Notes: generated by a model from the sequence alone, not told the origin. Positions 22,455 through 32,575 are shown, counted from the stretch's first letter. The stretch: 64,000 bases of DNA from Planctomycetota bacterium (GCA_963581585.1 CAUZPL010000010.1:16607-80606), one strand, 5' to 3'. Translations and numbers: made by a program.

Positions 22455-23501
22455 TTATGCCACCGGAAGTTCAAGAACAAACACAAGAAAGTCACCCGCG
22501 AAAACTCTCGGCAAAGTCCGCAGGAACAGCACACGTCCCGCACGGTCGCTGGGCACATCGGCCATTACGGAGCCGTCCGGATGGCGAACCTGGCCAAGCG
22601 ACTGTCCTTTCTCGACTGGCTCCCAGACACTCACAGCGGGGACAAACAACCCGGACGCCGGACTGGGGTGATCGACCTGCAGATGGCCCGCTCCTTCCGT
22701 ATTTGTCTCGAAGCAAAACTCCGGTGACACAGTGGGAAAGTCACCAGGCAACATTTCCAGAAACGCGAGAAGATTCCGCAGCCCCTGTCGGGCCTGTGCC
22801 CGATCATCAGGTCGACAACGCCCCTCGCCAGGCATCTCGACATAGATCGCGGGTACGCCGCGATCTCGGGCAGCGGACAGCGATCGCCCGGGCAGTCCCA
22901 CAGTCCCCCAGACCAGATCAAATCCCCAGGCGATGGCAGCTGCGCGTTGCACTGCGTTCAGCCCTGCACTAACGATCTGGTAACCCGCAAAAGGCTTAAT
23001 TTGATAACCATTTCCCCCAGCATGGAGGTCCACATAAAATTCTGCCTGACTAACAATATAAGTCGAAAAGGCATATGCAATCCGCTCACTGATCGTTCCC
23101 GCCGGACTGCCGGGAAAGATCCTCGCCAAATTCTGATGGTCCCAGCCTCCCTCGCGTGTGGCAGCCATGAACGCAGGAGTGTTAAGTATCGGGATCGCTA
23201 CAAAGGTTCCGCTGAATGACCGGGGGTCCAGCTCTTCAAACACATCTTGAATCGCAATGGGCCCTTCGTACTCGTCGCCGTGCACACCACCCGTCGCCAA
23301 AAAAACCTTCCCGGGACGATTGCCGCGCACAATCAGCGTCGAAAAGACCAGCGGTTGCCCGTTTGGCAGACAATCCACGACGAGTTCAAGCCGTGTCCTG
23401 GTCCCCGGTCTGATATCCTCAACACGGAACTTTGAAACCGGTATCTGCTTACGTGTCGGATTCTGGAGCCCCATCGCCTCGCCAGAGATCATTGAAGACA
23501 T
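22455..23501 (-). CDS. succinylglutamate desuccinylase/aspartoacylase family deacylase
   Basis: Zn-binding GGVHGDEYEG motif and the overall AstE/AspA (M14-like) layout. The ORF extends to 23609, but an internal ATG at 23501 (or 23474) fits family length better. Confidence 0.75.
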   Translation of the reverse strand: MSSMISGEAMGLQNPTRKQIPVSKFRVEDIRPGTRTRLELVVDCLPNGQPLVFSTLIVRGNRPGKVFLATGGVHGDEYEGPIAIQDVFEELDPRSFSGTFVAIPILNTPAFMAATREGGWDHQNLARIFPGSPAGTISERIAYAFSTYIVSQAEFYVDLHAGGNGYQIKPFAGYQIVSAGLNAVQRAAAIAWGFDLVWGTVGLPGRSLSAARDRGVPAIYVEMPGEGRCRPDDRAQARQGLRNLLAFLEMLPGDFPTVSPEFCFETNTEGAGHLQVDHPSPASGLFVPAVSVWEPVEKGQSLGQVRHPDGSVMADVPSDRAGRVLFLRTLPRVFAGDFLVFVLELPVA

Positions 23502-24081
23502 TCGGCGAACCTTGTTCGCAGGTTCCGCTGCTGAGATCAGGCCCACCGAAGAGACAGATCGCGTCACGAAATGTTCTGATGGCGGACACTCGACGCACTG
23601 CAGGGGCATCAGTTATTGAGGTGGAAGTCTGTTGTGTCGAATTTCGACGATTCTTCCGAGCAGAATTCTATCGTGAACCGCTTATGAAAAAAGGCAGCTG
23701 TCCTCTCTCAGTCCTCAAATGGCGGATAGAGTCTTTATCGTGTAATGCGTGCAATACTTGTGGTGGTTCGATCCAGCCTCACCGATATCCAAGTTGCGGG
23801 CGTCTCGATGAACAGTTCGTGGATCCTGTAGCAGACTGCGTGTTGCTTGACGGGCATCTGTCGTCTTTTCGGTTGTCCTGAAACTCTGCCTGCAGCACCA
23901 CCGATTTCCAGAACCCGGAATAGTACCAGACCGTTCAGCAATCGCCGGACGTGCCTGGGGAATTTTCACAAACAAGGTCGGATGATCCGGAAGTTGTAGA
24001 ATCTGAAAGTCAGAACCAGGTGACCCCCGAAGAGTGGCCGATGTGGGACGGTGATGTCACCCGCTGCATGTGCAGATTGAC

Positions 24082-25035
24082 TTACTTGTTCACAACCACG
24101 TTGCCGTCAGCTCGTTCACCCAACCACCGAAATATGTCATAGTGAACATTGTCACTCATGAAATGGACCGAGCCGTCACACAACAGGAATTGTACACCGA
24201 CGGCATGACTGCTGCTGAAATTGACAATGTGATTAGTGCTGTTCGGCGTATGGTGCATGGCCGGCATCATACCCATCGCGTCCTGACCCACATGACCAAG
24301 GACCAGCGATGGCGACTGTTCCATCATCGCGACCATCATCATTCCGGCTGGTCTCACGGAATTCGGAAGAGCGGCGTACCAGGTACTGTTGGCATCCACA
24401 GGATCCAGGGTCTGCACGTTGTCGTTTTCGTGCATACGTTCTCCCACACAGATCGTGTTGGATGTCCCGTCGGTGATGTCACGGAACTGGACAGAGCTGT
24501 TGCGATAGAAGACGCCCGTACCGTTGCCGGGATTCAGCGACACGTTCCCGTAACCGTAGATCCCGACGTAGTTGGAGGAGGCTAATTCGATGCCGCCGGG
24601 CAACATGAATTTTGTGGGGGCCGGATCCGTGGGGCACAGAAACAGGCCCAGGATTTCCTGTCCATGCTTCAGATTGTGTGCGTCGTCAGCGTCCTCCGAG
24701 AACTCGAAATGGTTGAAAAGGTTTGCCTGGTCCAGAAACGGCAGCACCATTGTACCCCAGGCAAAACCAGGACCCGATTCTGCGACAGCCGAGTCAGTGT
24801 GCGTGACCGCTCTTGCCGTGTAACCGGGCGGAAATGTGAGATGTACGTCATGATAGTTGTGAAGCGCCAAACCGATTTGCTTGAGATTGTTCTTGCATTG
24901 AGTGCGTCGGGCTGCCTCACGCGACTGCTGAACAGCCGGCAGCAGCAGCGAGACCAGAATTGCGATGATGGCAATGACCACCAGTAGTTCGATCAGAGTG
25001 AATCCTCGCCTTGTGCGGGCGGTAAAAGTTGACAT
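24082..25035 (-). CDS. DUF1559 domain protein with prepilin-type N-terminal methylation motif
   Basis: [61 protein letters not shown] is the canonical planctomycete DUF1559/H-X9-DG N-terminus. ATG 25035 was verified inside ORF 24082..25326. Confidence 0.85.
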   Translation of the reverse strand: MSTFTARTRRGFTLIELLVVIAIIAILVSLLLPAVQQSREAARRTQCKNNLKQIGLALHNYHDVHLTFPPGYTARAVTHTDSAVAESGPGFAWGTMVLPFLDQANLFNHFEFSEDADDAHNLKHGQEILGLFLCPTDPAPTKFMLPGGIELASSNYVGIYGYGNVSLNPGNGTGVFYRNSSVQFRDITDGTSNTICVGERMHENDNVQTLDPVDANSTWYAALPNSVRPAGMMMVAMMEQSPSLVLGHVGQDAMGMMPAMHHTPNSTNHIVNFSSSHAVGVQFLLCDGSVHFMSDNVHYDIFRWLGERADGNVVVNK

Positions 25036-26042
25036 TCGTGTTTCCTCCACGGAACGACCGTGTGCGCCTGACTGAGCAGGTAACGACGCCACCTGAAAAG
25101 GTAACGTGCGAGAGACTGAATTCGGGCGATCTGCACATGCAGATCGCTCACGCGGATGATTCAGCCGATCCGCGGAGGGGGAGGACCGGGAGCCTCTTTG
25201 GCTCGACCATACTGCCCAAAATTGGCGGTTGCCTGGCGACCATTGCCGACCAGTTCGGGACTGTGAGTCGTCAAAGTCAGTAGTCGGGGCGTCATTACGA
25301 TTGCCTGGTCCACCGATAAGCTGCACGCGCAGGAGTTTCGGGCCCCTTCAGATCTGTTCTCTTTTGAACGACAGCAGGCGGCAGTCTGCGTACCATTCTG
25401 TTTCATCTGCTCTCGTGTCCTCTGGCAGCACAATGCACGAGTGCCACCCGATTCTCCGTTGTTTTTTGAGCAACAGGTTGCATTGCTGGTAGCGCAGCAA
25501 CAGCAGGTCGCGGACATTGGGCCGTCGAGCAGTATTGACGTGCTGAGCAGTATCACGATCTGGATGGATGCCAGGAGTTGCACGAGAACGAACAAGCCAA
25601 TGAAGGGAAAACGGCGCCGAAGCCAGCCTCAGTCTGTGTACACACTACGGTCCGTCACTGAATCGATTCAAGAGTATGGGTCCAGTGAAGGATGAATTTC
25701 CGACAACTGAGTCGTCTATTGTGGGGTGGCTCACTATCTGTTGCGGTTAATAATCCGTACTGGTCTGTTCGGTATCACATGGTGCGATGCGGCTTGGTCG
25801 AAGTTAGTTTCCAATTGAATTTGAACCCTCGATTTTCCGGCAGCACGCATGAGTCATCAGCTTGTCTGAAACAATCGTCGCCGATATTATCCGCAGTTCG
25901 ATTTCCCTAAGGCATACTTCTCGGCGAGATTAAGGCCGACCGGCGGAAGTTGGTTTAACGTTCACGAGGCGCTGCTGACGGCGGAAAGCTGGTACTGCAG
26001 GCTCTCGTTCATGTCTGGTTGTCTACAAGTGAGTTTGATTCC

Positions 26043-27527
26043 GTGTTTGAAGGAATTACTGAAGGTCTGACCAGTGCATTTTCGGCTTTCCGGGGAACCG
26101 GGAAGATTTCCGAAAGCAACATTCGTGACGGCATGAAGCAGGTCCGCCAGGCGCTACTGGAGGCGGACGTTGCCTACGATGTCGCTCAGGAATTCGTGCA
26201 GCGCGTGACTACTCAGGCTATGGGTGAGCAGGTCCTTAAGTCGCTGCGACCTGACGAACAGATGGTGGGAATCGTTCACCAGGAACTCATCAATCTGATG
26301 GGGCCTGTTGACCATTCGCTGGCCATTAGACGCGACACCGTCAGCATCATCATGATGTGCGGTTTACAGGGTAGCGGAAAAACGACTACCTGCGGCAAGC
26401 TTGCCAGGATGTTCAGGGAAAACAATCAGCCGCCAATGCTGGTCGCGGCTGACCTGCAGCGACCGGCCGCCATCGAACAATTGAAGGTGATTGGTGAGCA
26501 GGTGGGCTGTCCGGTCTACGCCGAAGATCCCGCCAGGAGTGATCCGGTTCAGGTTTGTCGCAACGGTGTCAGGGAAGCAAAAAAGCAGGGTGTCAAAGTC
26601 GTTATCCTCGACACCGCCGGGCGTCTGGGCATCGACGAAGAACTGATGAAGGAACTGCAACGGATTGATTCGCGCGTCGGTCCGGATCAGTGTTTGTTCG
26701 TTTGCGACGCCATGACTGGCCAGGACGCTGTCAACAGTGCCAAAGCGTTCAATGAGGCACTGGAACTGGACGGAGTCATCCTGACCAAGCTGGACGGAGA
26801 CACTCGAGGGGGGGCAGCTCTAAGTGTGAAAGCCGTCACCGGAGTGCCTATCAAGTATGTTGGTGTTGGTGAGCAACTCGACCGTCTGGAAGAATTCCAC
26901 CCGGATCGGATGGCGGGCCGAATTCTCGGCATGGGTGACGTCCTCTCGCTGGTGGAAAAAGCTCAGCGGGAATTCGACGAAGATGAGATGCTTGCTCAGC
27001 AGCAGAAAATGCAGGAGGGCCGGTTCACACTGGACGACTTCCGCAAACAGATGAGCCAGATCAAGAAGCTGGGCTCAATGGGGGAAGTCATGAAAATGAT
27101 TCCTGGCATGGGTAAAATGGTCGATCAGATGGGAGATATGAATCCCGAAGACGACATGAGGCGTATTGAAGGTATTATCAATTCGATGACGCTGGATGAA
27201 CGCAGCAACCCCGACAAAATCGACCGCAGCCGTCGACATCGAATTGCTGGGGGCAGTGGCGTCGAAGCGTCTGATGTGAACAAGTTGCTCAAGGACTTTC
27301 AGTCCATGAGCAAGCTAATGCAGGACATGTCGGGAATGGGGCTGCGAGATCGTATGAAAACAGTCAAGCAAATGGCCGATCAGGGGATGATGGACCCCAG
27401 TGCCAACCTGCGAGAAAAGAAAATCCGCAGCAAACGAGCACCGCTGGATGCGATTGCGGCGAGGAAAAAGCTGAAAAACAAACGAAAAGATGCAAAAAGG
27501 GCGAAAAAACGTAACAAAAGAAGGTAA
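26043..27527 (+). CDS. ffh: signal recognition particle protein Ffh
   Basis: [20 protein letters not shown] and TKLDGD GTPase motifs, a Met-rich M domain, and a very basic C-terminal tail. The ORF opens at TTG 26019, but GTG 26043 (VFEGITEGL) matches the usual Ffh N-terminus. Confidence 0.9.
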   Translation: MFEGITEGLTSAFSAFRGTGKISESNIRDGMKQVRQALLEADVAYDVAQEFVQRVTTQAMGEQVLKSLRPDEQMVGIVHQELINLMGPVDHSLAIRRDTVSIIMMCGLQGSGKTTTCGKLARMFRENNQPPMLVAADLQRPAAIEQLKVIGEQVGCPVYAEDPARSDPVQVCRNGVREAKKQGVKVVILDTAGRLGIDEELMKELQRIDSRVGPDQCLFVCDAMTGQDAVNSAKAFNEALELDGVILTKLDGDTRGGAALSVKAVTGVPIKYVGVGEQLDRLEEFHPDRMAGRILGMGDVLSLVEKAQREFDEDEMLAQQQKMQEGRFTLDDFRKQMSQIKKLGSMGEVMKMIPGMGKMVDQMGDMNPEDDMRRIEGIINSMTLDERSNPDKIDRSRRHRIAGGSGVEASDVNKLLKDFQSMSKLMQDMSGMGLRDRMKTVKQMADQGMMDPSANLREKKIRSKRAPLDAIAARKKLKNKRKDAKRAKKRNKRR

Positions 27528-27776
27528 AACGGCGGACCTGCTCAATGAGGCCGGTTTTCGAATCCGTTTATTCCTGCGATGTGGGCAGCAGCCAAATGCA
27601 GGAAACAGGACGAAAGGTTGGAGACTCATTGCACATCCGTTGAGATGCCGTGGTGAGCCCAAAAACGAGCTGAAGTGTCCCACTAATTTGCAGAGTGAGC
27701 GGTTCCGTTCGATAAATATTGACATCATAAGTACTGTTAGACCGGTGGCTAAGCCGCACCTGACCCGGGAGTGACC

Positions 27777-28181
27777 ATGGTAGTTCGAATTCGTATGAAG
27801 CGGATGGGCAGAAAACATCGTCCATTTTATCGCGTATGTATTATGGACCAGCGCAAACCACGCGACGGCAAGGCCATTGAAGAAGTCGGATTCTACGACA
27901 CATCCGTTCCGGACAAGTCACAGCGAGTGAGCCTGAACATGGATCGCATCGACTACTGGCTGTCAGTGGGAGCTCAGCCATCAGAAAAGGTCAATGCGCT
28001 GATCAAGAAAGTCAAAAAGGGGAAATTTGGTGTGGCGGCCACGCCACCACCGATGACTCCTCCAAAGGCACCGAAACCCGAAGCTCCCGCTGATGAAGCA
28101 TCTGCGGCATCTGCAGAAGTATCGAAAGCAGCTGAATCTGTGGAGGCCGAAACAAAAGAAACCACTGAATCGGCGGAGTGA
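27777..28181 (+). CDS. rpsP: 30S ribosomal protein S16 with Ala/Pro/Glu-rich C-terminal extension
   Basis: MVVRIRMKRMGRKHRPFYRVCIMDQRKPRDGKAIEEVGFYD, followed by a low-complexity tail of about 50 aa. Confidence 0.9.
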   Translation: MVVRIRMKRMGRKHRPFYRVCIMDQRKPRDGKAIEEVGFYDTSVPDKSQRVSLNMDRIDYWLSVGAQPSEKVNALIKKVKKGKFGVAATPPPMTPPKAPKPEAPADEASAASAEVSKAAESVEAETKETTESAE

Positions 28182-28206
28182 GTCAAGACCTTCGGTCCAA
28201 TCAGCA

Positions 28207-28944
28207 ATGCCGGGCACGGTTATGCGTTTCGATCTGCTGACGCTGTTTCCGGAAATGTTTTCCGGGTATCTCGAACAAAGTATTTTGAAGCTGGCGATCA
28301 GTCGCGGATTAGTGGATGTTCGAACTCATGATTTTCGAGCGTTCGCTTCGGGCAAACACACTCAGGTGGACGACAAACCATTTGGTGGCGGCCCGGGAAT
28401 GTTGTTGATGTGTGAGCCGATTTTCGACTGTGTCGAATCGGTGCAGCAGTCAACAGAAAAACCAGGACGACTGATCATGATGAGTCCTCAGGGGCGTACT
28501 CTGGATCAGTCGCTGGTCGAAGAATTTGCACAAGAAGAGCGACTGCTGGTTCTTTGTGGTCGGTACGAAGGATTTGACGACCGAATTCGCGAGGGATTGC
28601 AGCCCACGGAAGTTTCTGCCGGCGATTTCATCTGTAATGGTGGTGAAGTTCCGGCGATGTTGTTAATTGACACTGTTATCCGCCTGATTCCGGGTGTGTT
28701 GGGGAATGAGACCAGCAGCCGATATGATTCATTCGGTCACTCAGGATTGCTGGAACACCCGCAGTACACGAGGCCGAGAGAGTTCCGAGGCATGACGGTT
28801 CCGGAAATTCTGTTGAGCGGCGATCACCAAGCCATTGCAGAATGGCGACATGAACAAAGCTTAAAACGAACGGCCGACCGTCGAGCGGATCTGGTGGACG
28901 ATTCACAGATCACCGGGAAAAGACTTCAAACAGGGAATTCCTGA
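28207..28944 (+). CDS. trmD: tRNA (guanine37-N1)-methyltransferase
   Basis: [22 protein letters not shown] and [10 protein letters not shown] motifs. In-frame ATGs at 28207 and 28222 were both verified. Confidence 0.9.
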   Translation: MPGTVMRFDLLTLFPEMFSGYLEQSILKLAISRGLVDVRTHDFRAFASGKHTQVDDKPFGGGPGMLLMCEPIFDCVESVQQSTEKPGRLIMMSPQGRTLDQSLVEEFAQEERLLVLCGRYEGFDDRIREGLQPTEVSAGDFICNGGEVPAMLLIDTVIRLIPGVLGNETSSRYDSFGHSGLLEHPQYTRPREFRGMTVPEILLSGDHQAIAEWRHEQSLKRTADRRADLVDDSQITGKRLQTGNS

Positions 28945-28945
28945 A

Positions 28946-29323
28946 ATGAGAAACAAACTGCTGGACATCGCTGAACAATCGAGTCTACGAGAAGAACCTC
29001 TGAGGTTTGCAGTGGGCGACACCGTGGACGTCCACACGCGAATTCTGGAAGGCAATAAGGAACGCGTCCAGGTATTCAGCGGTGTCGTCATTGCCCGACG
29101 TGGTCACGGTACCAGTGAAACATTCACCGTTCGCCGCATTGTGGCGGGCCAAGGGGTTGAACGCACCTTCCCGGTCAATACTCCCAAGATAGCGAAGATC
29201 GAAATCAAACGTCACGGTCGCGTACGTCGGGCAAAACTGTTTTACCTTCGCGAACGGACTGGCAAGGCCACGCGCTTGCGCGAACGCAAAGCAAGGCCGT
29301 GGGAGGTTGATCGCAACACCTGA
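28946..29323 (+). CDS. rplS: 50S ribosomal protein L19
   Basis: [33 protein letters not shown]...FTVRRI...GVERTFP and [10 protein letters not shown]. The start is 1 nt after the trmD stop. Confidence 0.9.
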   Translation: MRNKLLDIAEQSSLREEPLRFAVGDTVDVHTRILEGNKERVQVFSGVVIARRGHGTSETFTVRRIVAGQGVERTFPVNTPKIAKIEIKRHGRVRRAKLFYLRERTGKATRLRERKARPWEVDRNT

Positions 29324-29493
29324 AAGTAGCCTGCCCCCCCTGCTATGCGCACTCCTGCCCGTCCCCGGCAGTGCTGCTATAAATTGAGGACACTGGGGCA
29401 GCCATAGAATTTATATTTGCCCCGAAGTCCACTGGCTCCGAGCTGCTGCGCTGTTTTCGGCGGTAGCCCTGCCTTCCTCATTGCGGTAAACTG

Positions 29494-30537
29494 ATGGGCA
29501 TGAGTTGGCCTGTGAAATCTGTGATTGCCGTGATGATGACAGCCGCCCTATGCCTGAGCGGAGCAGCTGATGAACGCGAGATTTCATTTGTTGGCCCGGG
29601 AGGTCCGGAGGTCCGGATGGGGCTGCTGCAGTGGATTACCCGTGCGGGTGTGGATCCGCAGACTCGAAAAGATGTACTGGCGGAGTGGGCGGACGATACC
29701 CGGCTGGCGTCATTGAGTAACGAAGATTTACTCGATCTCCTTGTGATTTCTTTCGCGGCCGTGGATCCGTCTACTCAGCGTTTCCTGGAGTCGTCCCAGG
29801 GTGCAGGACCACTGGATGAAATCGTCTATGATGGTATTCGGACTCTGGATATTTATCGAAACCAGGTGGAGCTCGTTCGTGCCCGCTGGATGACGCAACA
29901 TCGACTGTTTGATGAAGCCTTGCGGATTTACGAAGAGCTTTCCCCAGACGATATCGTCGATCCGGCCGGTCTGTTCTTCTATCGAGCGATCTGTCAGAGC
30001 CAGTTGCTCAAGCATAAAGCGGCGCTGGACAGTTTGAATTTGTTGTTGAATCACACCCTGCAAGTTCCGGCGCGGTTCCGTATGGTGGCTAGAATTCTGC
30101 AGAAGGAACTTGCCGTCCGAAATGACAATGATTTGGCCCACGTGTCGCGACTGATGGCAGATGTCAAACGTCGGCTGGATTTGGGGCGTTCCGGGCAACC
30201 AGTGCAGGATCGGCAGAAACAAGTCATTGATGCAATTGATCATCTGCTGGAAGAAGCAGAGAAACAGCAGCAGCAGCAGCAGCAGCAGAGTGAGAGTCAC
30301 CAGCAGCAGAGCAACCCGAATCAGCCATCCCCCGGTAATCCGGCTCCCGACAGTCGGATCCACGGTTCGACTGGCAGAGGAGAAGCAGACCGTCGCGAGG
30401 TCAAAGAAACGGGCAGCTGGGGTATGCTGGACCGCCGGAAAGAGGCTAAGGCACGGGAATTGATCCGCCAGCAGTTCCCCGCAAATTACCTTGACATCAT
30501 CAGCGAATACAGCCGGCGAATTGCGGAGCAGAATTAG
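29494..30537 (+). CDS. hypothetical secreted protein with helical-repeat region, poly-Gln tract and conserved C-terminal motif
   Basis: Signal peptide (SVIAVMMTAALCLSGAADE), a helical-repeat-like middle, a Q8 run plus QQQ, and the C-terminus FPANYLDIISEYSRRIAEQN. Confidence 0.6.
   Translation: MGMSWPVKSVIAVMMTAALCLSGAADEREISFVGPGGPEVRMGLLQWITRAGVDPQTRKDVLAEWADDTRLASLSNEDLLDLLVISFAAVDPSTQRFLESSQGAGPLDEIVYDGIRTLDIYRNQVELVRARWMTQHRLFDEALRIYEELSPDDIVDPAGLFFYRAICQSQLLKHKAALDSLNLLLNHTLQVPARFRMVARILQKELAVRNDNDLAHVSRLMADVKRRLDLGRSGQPVQDRQKQVIDAIDHLLEEAEKQQQQQQQQSESHQQQSNPNQPSPGNPAPDSRIHGSTGRGEADRREVKETGSWGMLDRRKEAKARELIRQQFPANYLDIISEYSRRIAEQN
30265..30288 (+). repeat. (CAG)8 trinucleotide microsatellite inside a CDS (poly-Gln)
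   Basis: Eight perfect CAG units counted at 30265-30288, followed 12 nt later by three more CAG. Confidence 0.9.
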
Positions 30538-30766
30538 CAGCCGGGGCCTGCTCACATGTCTCACTTGCTCGGTGGCCGGCTGCGGTCTCCTGAAAAACCA
30601 ACCGATCCATCAATGTAGCATCCCTGACGGAGCAATCACCAAGGCGTTTAAGCCCAATGGTGCTTGTTTTCGTTTCGAAGCTCCCCGTTGTGACGTTTTC
30701 AACAAACCGCGTTTCTGCATGGCTCAGCAGGAACCTCGCCCTTCCAAGTCAATTCCTGTGCATTGA
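30491..30766 (+). CDS. candidate small Cys-containing lipoprotein (weak)
   Basis: 91-aa ORF from TTG 30491 that overlaps the upstream gene end by 47 nt. Its N-terminus ELRSRISSRGLLTCLTCSVAGCG resembles a lipoprotein signal with lipobox VAGC. There is no other support. Confidence 0.25.
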   Translation: MTSSANTAGELRSRISSRGLLTCLTCSVAGCGLLKNQPIHQCSIPDGAITKAFKPNGACFRFEAPRCDVFNKPRFCMAQQEPRPSKSIPVH

Positions 30767-31084
30767 ATTAGAGAACCCTTGGGCGCAAAACGGCCCCTTC
30801 CCGACGTGATTGGACCGTGATTTCACCTGCTGCGTCTGGCTGCATGGCTTCACTGAGATTACCACGCAGCAGATTTGGCCGGCGAGCTGGAACTTTGTGG
30901 ATGGACTCCAGACTGGACAGTGAACTGTGGTGAAATAGAGAGTTTGCCAGCTGTGGAACCGGTCTGGCAGAGTCATTGGTGAGCCGGTATAAGTTTCTCG
31001 GTCTGGGCTGCATCGATACACATCGCCCGCGTCTGCTGATAAGGTCGTCATGAGGACGGTCACTTTGTGTTCGGAAGGAATCCG

Positions 31085-32203
31085 ATGCGTCGGTCATTAG
31101 TGATCCTCGTCTCACTTGCGGTGTTCTGTGTTGCGGCCACCTTCGCCCAACAGCCTGAACCGGGAGGTCCGGATACGTCTCGCGCCGTCCAGCGGATAGA
31201 TGTGGACCCCGAACTTTGGCGCGTGCTGGAAGACTGGTCGGAAAAGAGTGCCGGATTCGAACGTTTGGAAGGCGAGATTCTGCGGCGGGAGTATGAAACA
31301 ACGTTCGCCGTTGAACGTGTTGGCACCGGTTATTTCTACTACGAGACACCTGATAAAGGACGGCTTGATCTCAACGCCGTCAAAATTACCCCTCAAATGC
31401 TGACCGCACGCAGTCAGAAAGGCGCCAAGGTCAAACGAAGGAAAAAAGATGGTGCACCATTCACGCTGGAGAGTGGACAGCCAATGAAATGGGTGTGCGA
31501 CGGACAGCGAATCATCAATATTGACGTCGACGTGAAGACCGCCAGTGTGCACAAGCTGCCTGAGGAATTGCGGGGCGGAAATATCATGAACGGGCCGCTG
31601 CCATTCTTGTTTGGACTTCCGCCTCTGGAAGCCGTTAACCGATTCGCTTTGAAACTTACGCGGAGGCCAACTCAACAGAGTCCATTCGCAATACTAAAAG
31701 CGATCCCCAAACGCTCGGATGATGCAAGTTCATGGAAGGAAGCCGAAGTCATTCTGGACACGCGAACCGGGCTTCCAGCCCATGTTCGCCTACTGCGACC
31801 ATCAGGTAACCTGGAGGATGTTTACAGTTTCAGCAAGCTCAGGATGAATCGTCCAGGCGGTAAGATTTTCGAATTCTTCGGACGTCGTCCCTTCAAGGTC
31901 GACCTGAGAGACTATCAGATCAAATTGGTAGATGGACTTCATGATGCTCCAGCCGAGCAGCCGGTGGCCAAGAATGATCCGCAGGCCGAACCAGTCATTC
32001 CCAACCTCGTTGGTTTATCTCATGAGGATGCTGAGGCGGCGTTGAAGCGACTGGGAATTTCCCGGGGAAATATCAAGAAACTTCGGGGCGATCCGGCTGA
32101 ACGTTCGACCGATGTTTATCGGGTTCAACAGCAGAGTCCTCAGCCAGGTAAGCCGATTGATACGACGACTCGGGTGTCGCTGTATCTGTGGACTAAAGCA
32201 TGA
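31085..32203 (+). CDS. secreted protein with unknown N-terminal domain and C-terminal PASTA domain
   Basis: Signal peptide MRRSLVILVSLAVFCVAATFAQQ. The last ~70 aa (IPNLVGLSHEDAEAALKRLGI...VYRVQQQSPQPGKPIDTTTRVSLYLW) match the PASTA consensus well. Confidence 0.7.
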   Translation: MRRSLVILVSLAVFCVAATFAQQPEPGGPDTSRAVQRIDVDPELWRVLEDWSEKSAGFERLEGEILRREYETTFAVERVGTGYFYYETPDKGRLDLNAVKITPQMLTARSQKGAKVKRRKKDGAPFTLESGQPMKWVCDGQRIINIDVDVKTASVHKLPEELRGGNIMNGPLPFLFGLPPLEAVNRFALKLTRRPTQQSPFAILKAIPKRSDDASSWKEAEVILDTRTGLPAHVRLLRPSGNLEDVYSFSKLRMNRPGGKIFEFFGRRPFKVDLRDYQIKLVDGLHDAPAEQPVAKNDPQAEPVIPNLVGLSHEDAEAALKRLGISRGNIKKLRGDPAERSTDVYRVQQQSPQPGKPIDTTTRVSLYLWTKA

Positions 32204-32575
32204 GGAACAGAATCAGGCTTGGTTTGGCCTGACTGTTGGTTCTCCGCAAAGGATGTCAGAGCCCAGGCATTCTCATTTCTGCCGGTTGCACAAGCCGTGT
32301 GAGACAACGGGCCAGCGTCCTGCCGCTTGAGACCTTCCATTGACAGGAACCATGCCCGACCTGCCTTGCCCCCCCGAACCAGGCGGTTGTCACGTTATCT
32401 ACGGAACTTTCCGCTGCTGGGACTTTGCTGTCGCCCAGCCTACCCATCTTCCGCGACCGGTACCGCAGGCGCCCAACTGTTCCGACTGTTCCGATTATGT
32501 CGATCTCATACCGGGGTCGACCACCTCAACAACGAGGCAAACGTCGCGATCAGACGCACTGCAGGGACGCAAACT

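Noticed and set aside
23755-23790. tRNA T-arm-like sequence GGTGGTTCGATCCAGCC. Other GGTTCGAA strings occur at 14628 and 49598.
   Set aside because: A T stem of only 3 bp can be formed, and no acceptor, anticodon or D arms could be drawn. The other two strings lie inside a CDS or lack flanking tRNA structure.
23620-24081. Small ORFs in the 460-bp gap between the deacylase gene and the DUF1559 gene, including a 65-aa Cys-containing frame (23685-23881) and an 86-aa minus-strand frame.
   Set aside because: They have no signal peptide or lipobox, poor starts and Arg-rich composition. I looked specifically for the small lipoprotein that often follows DUF1559 genes and found none.
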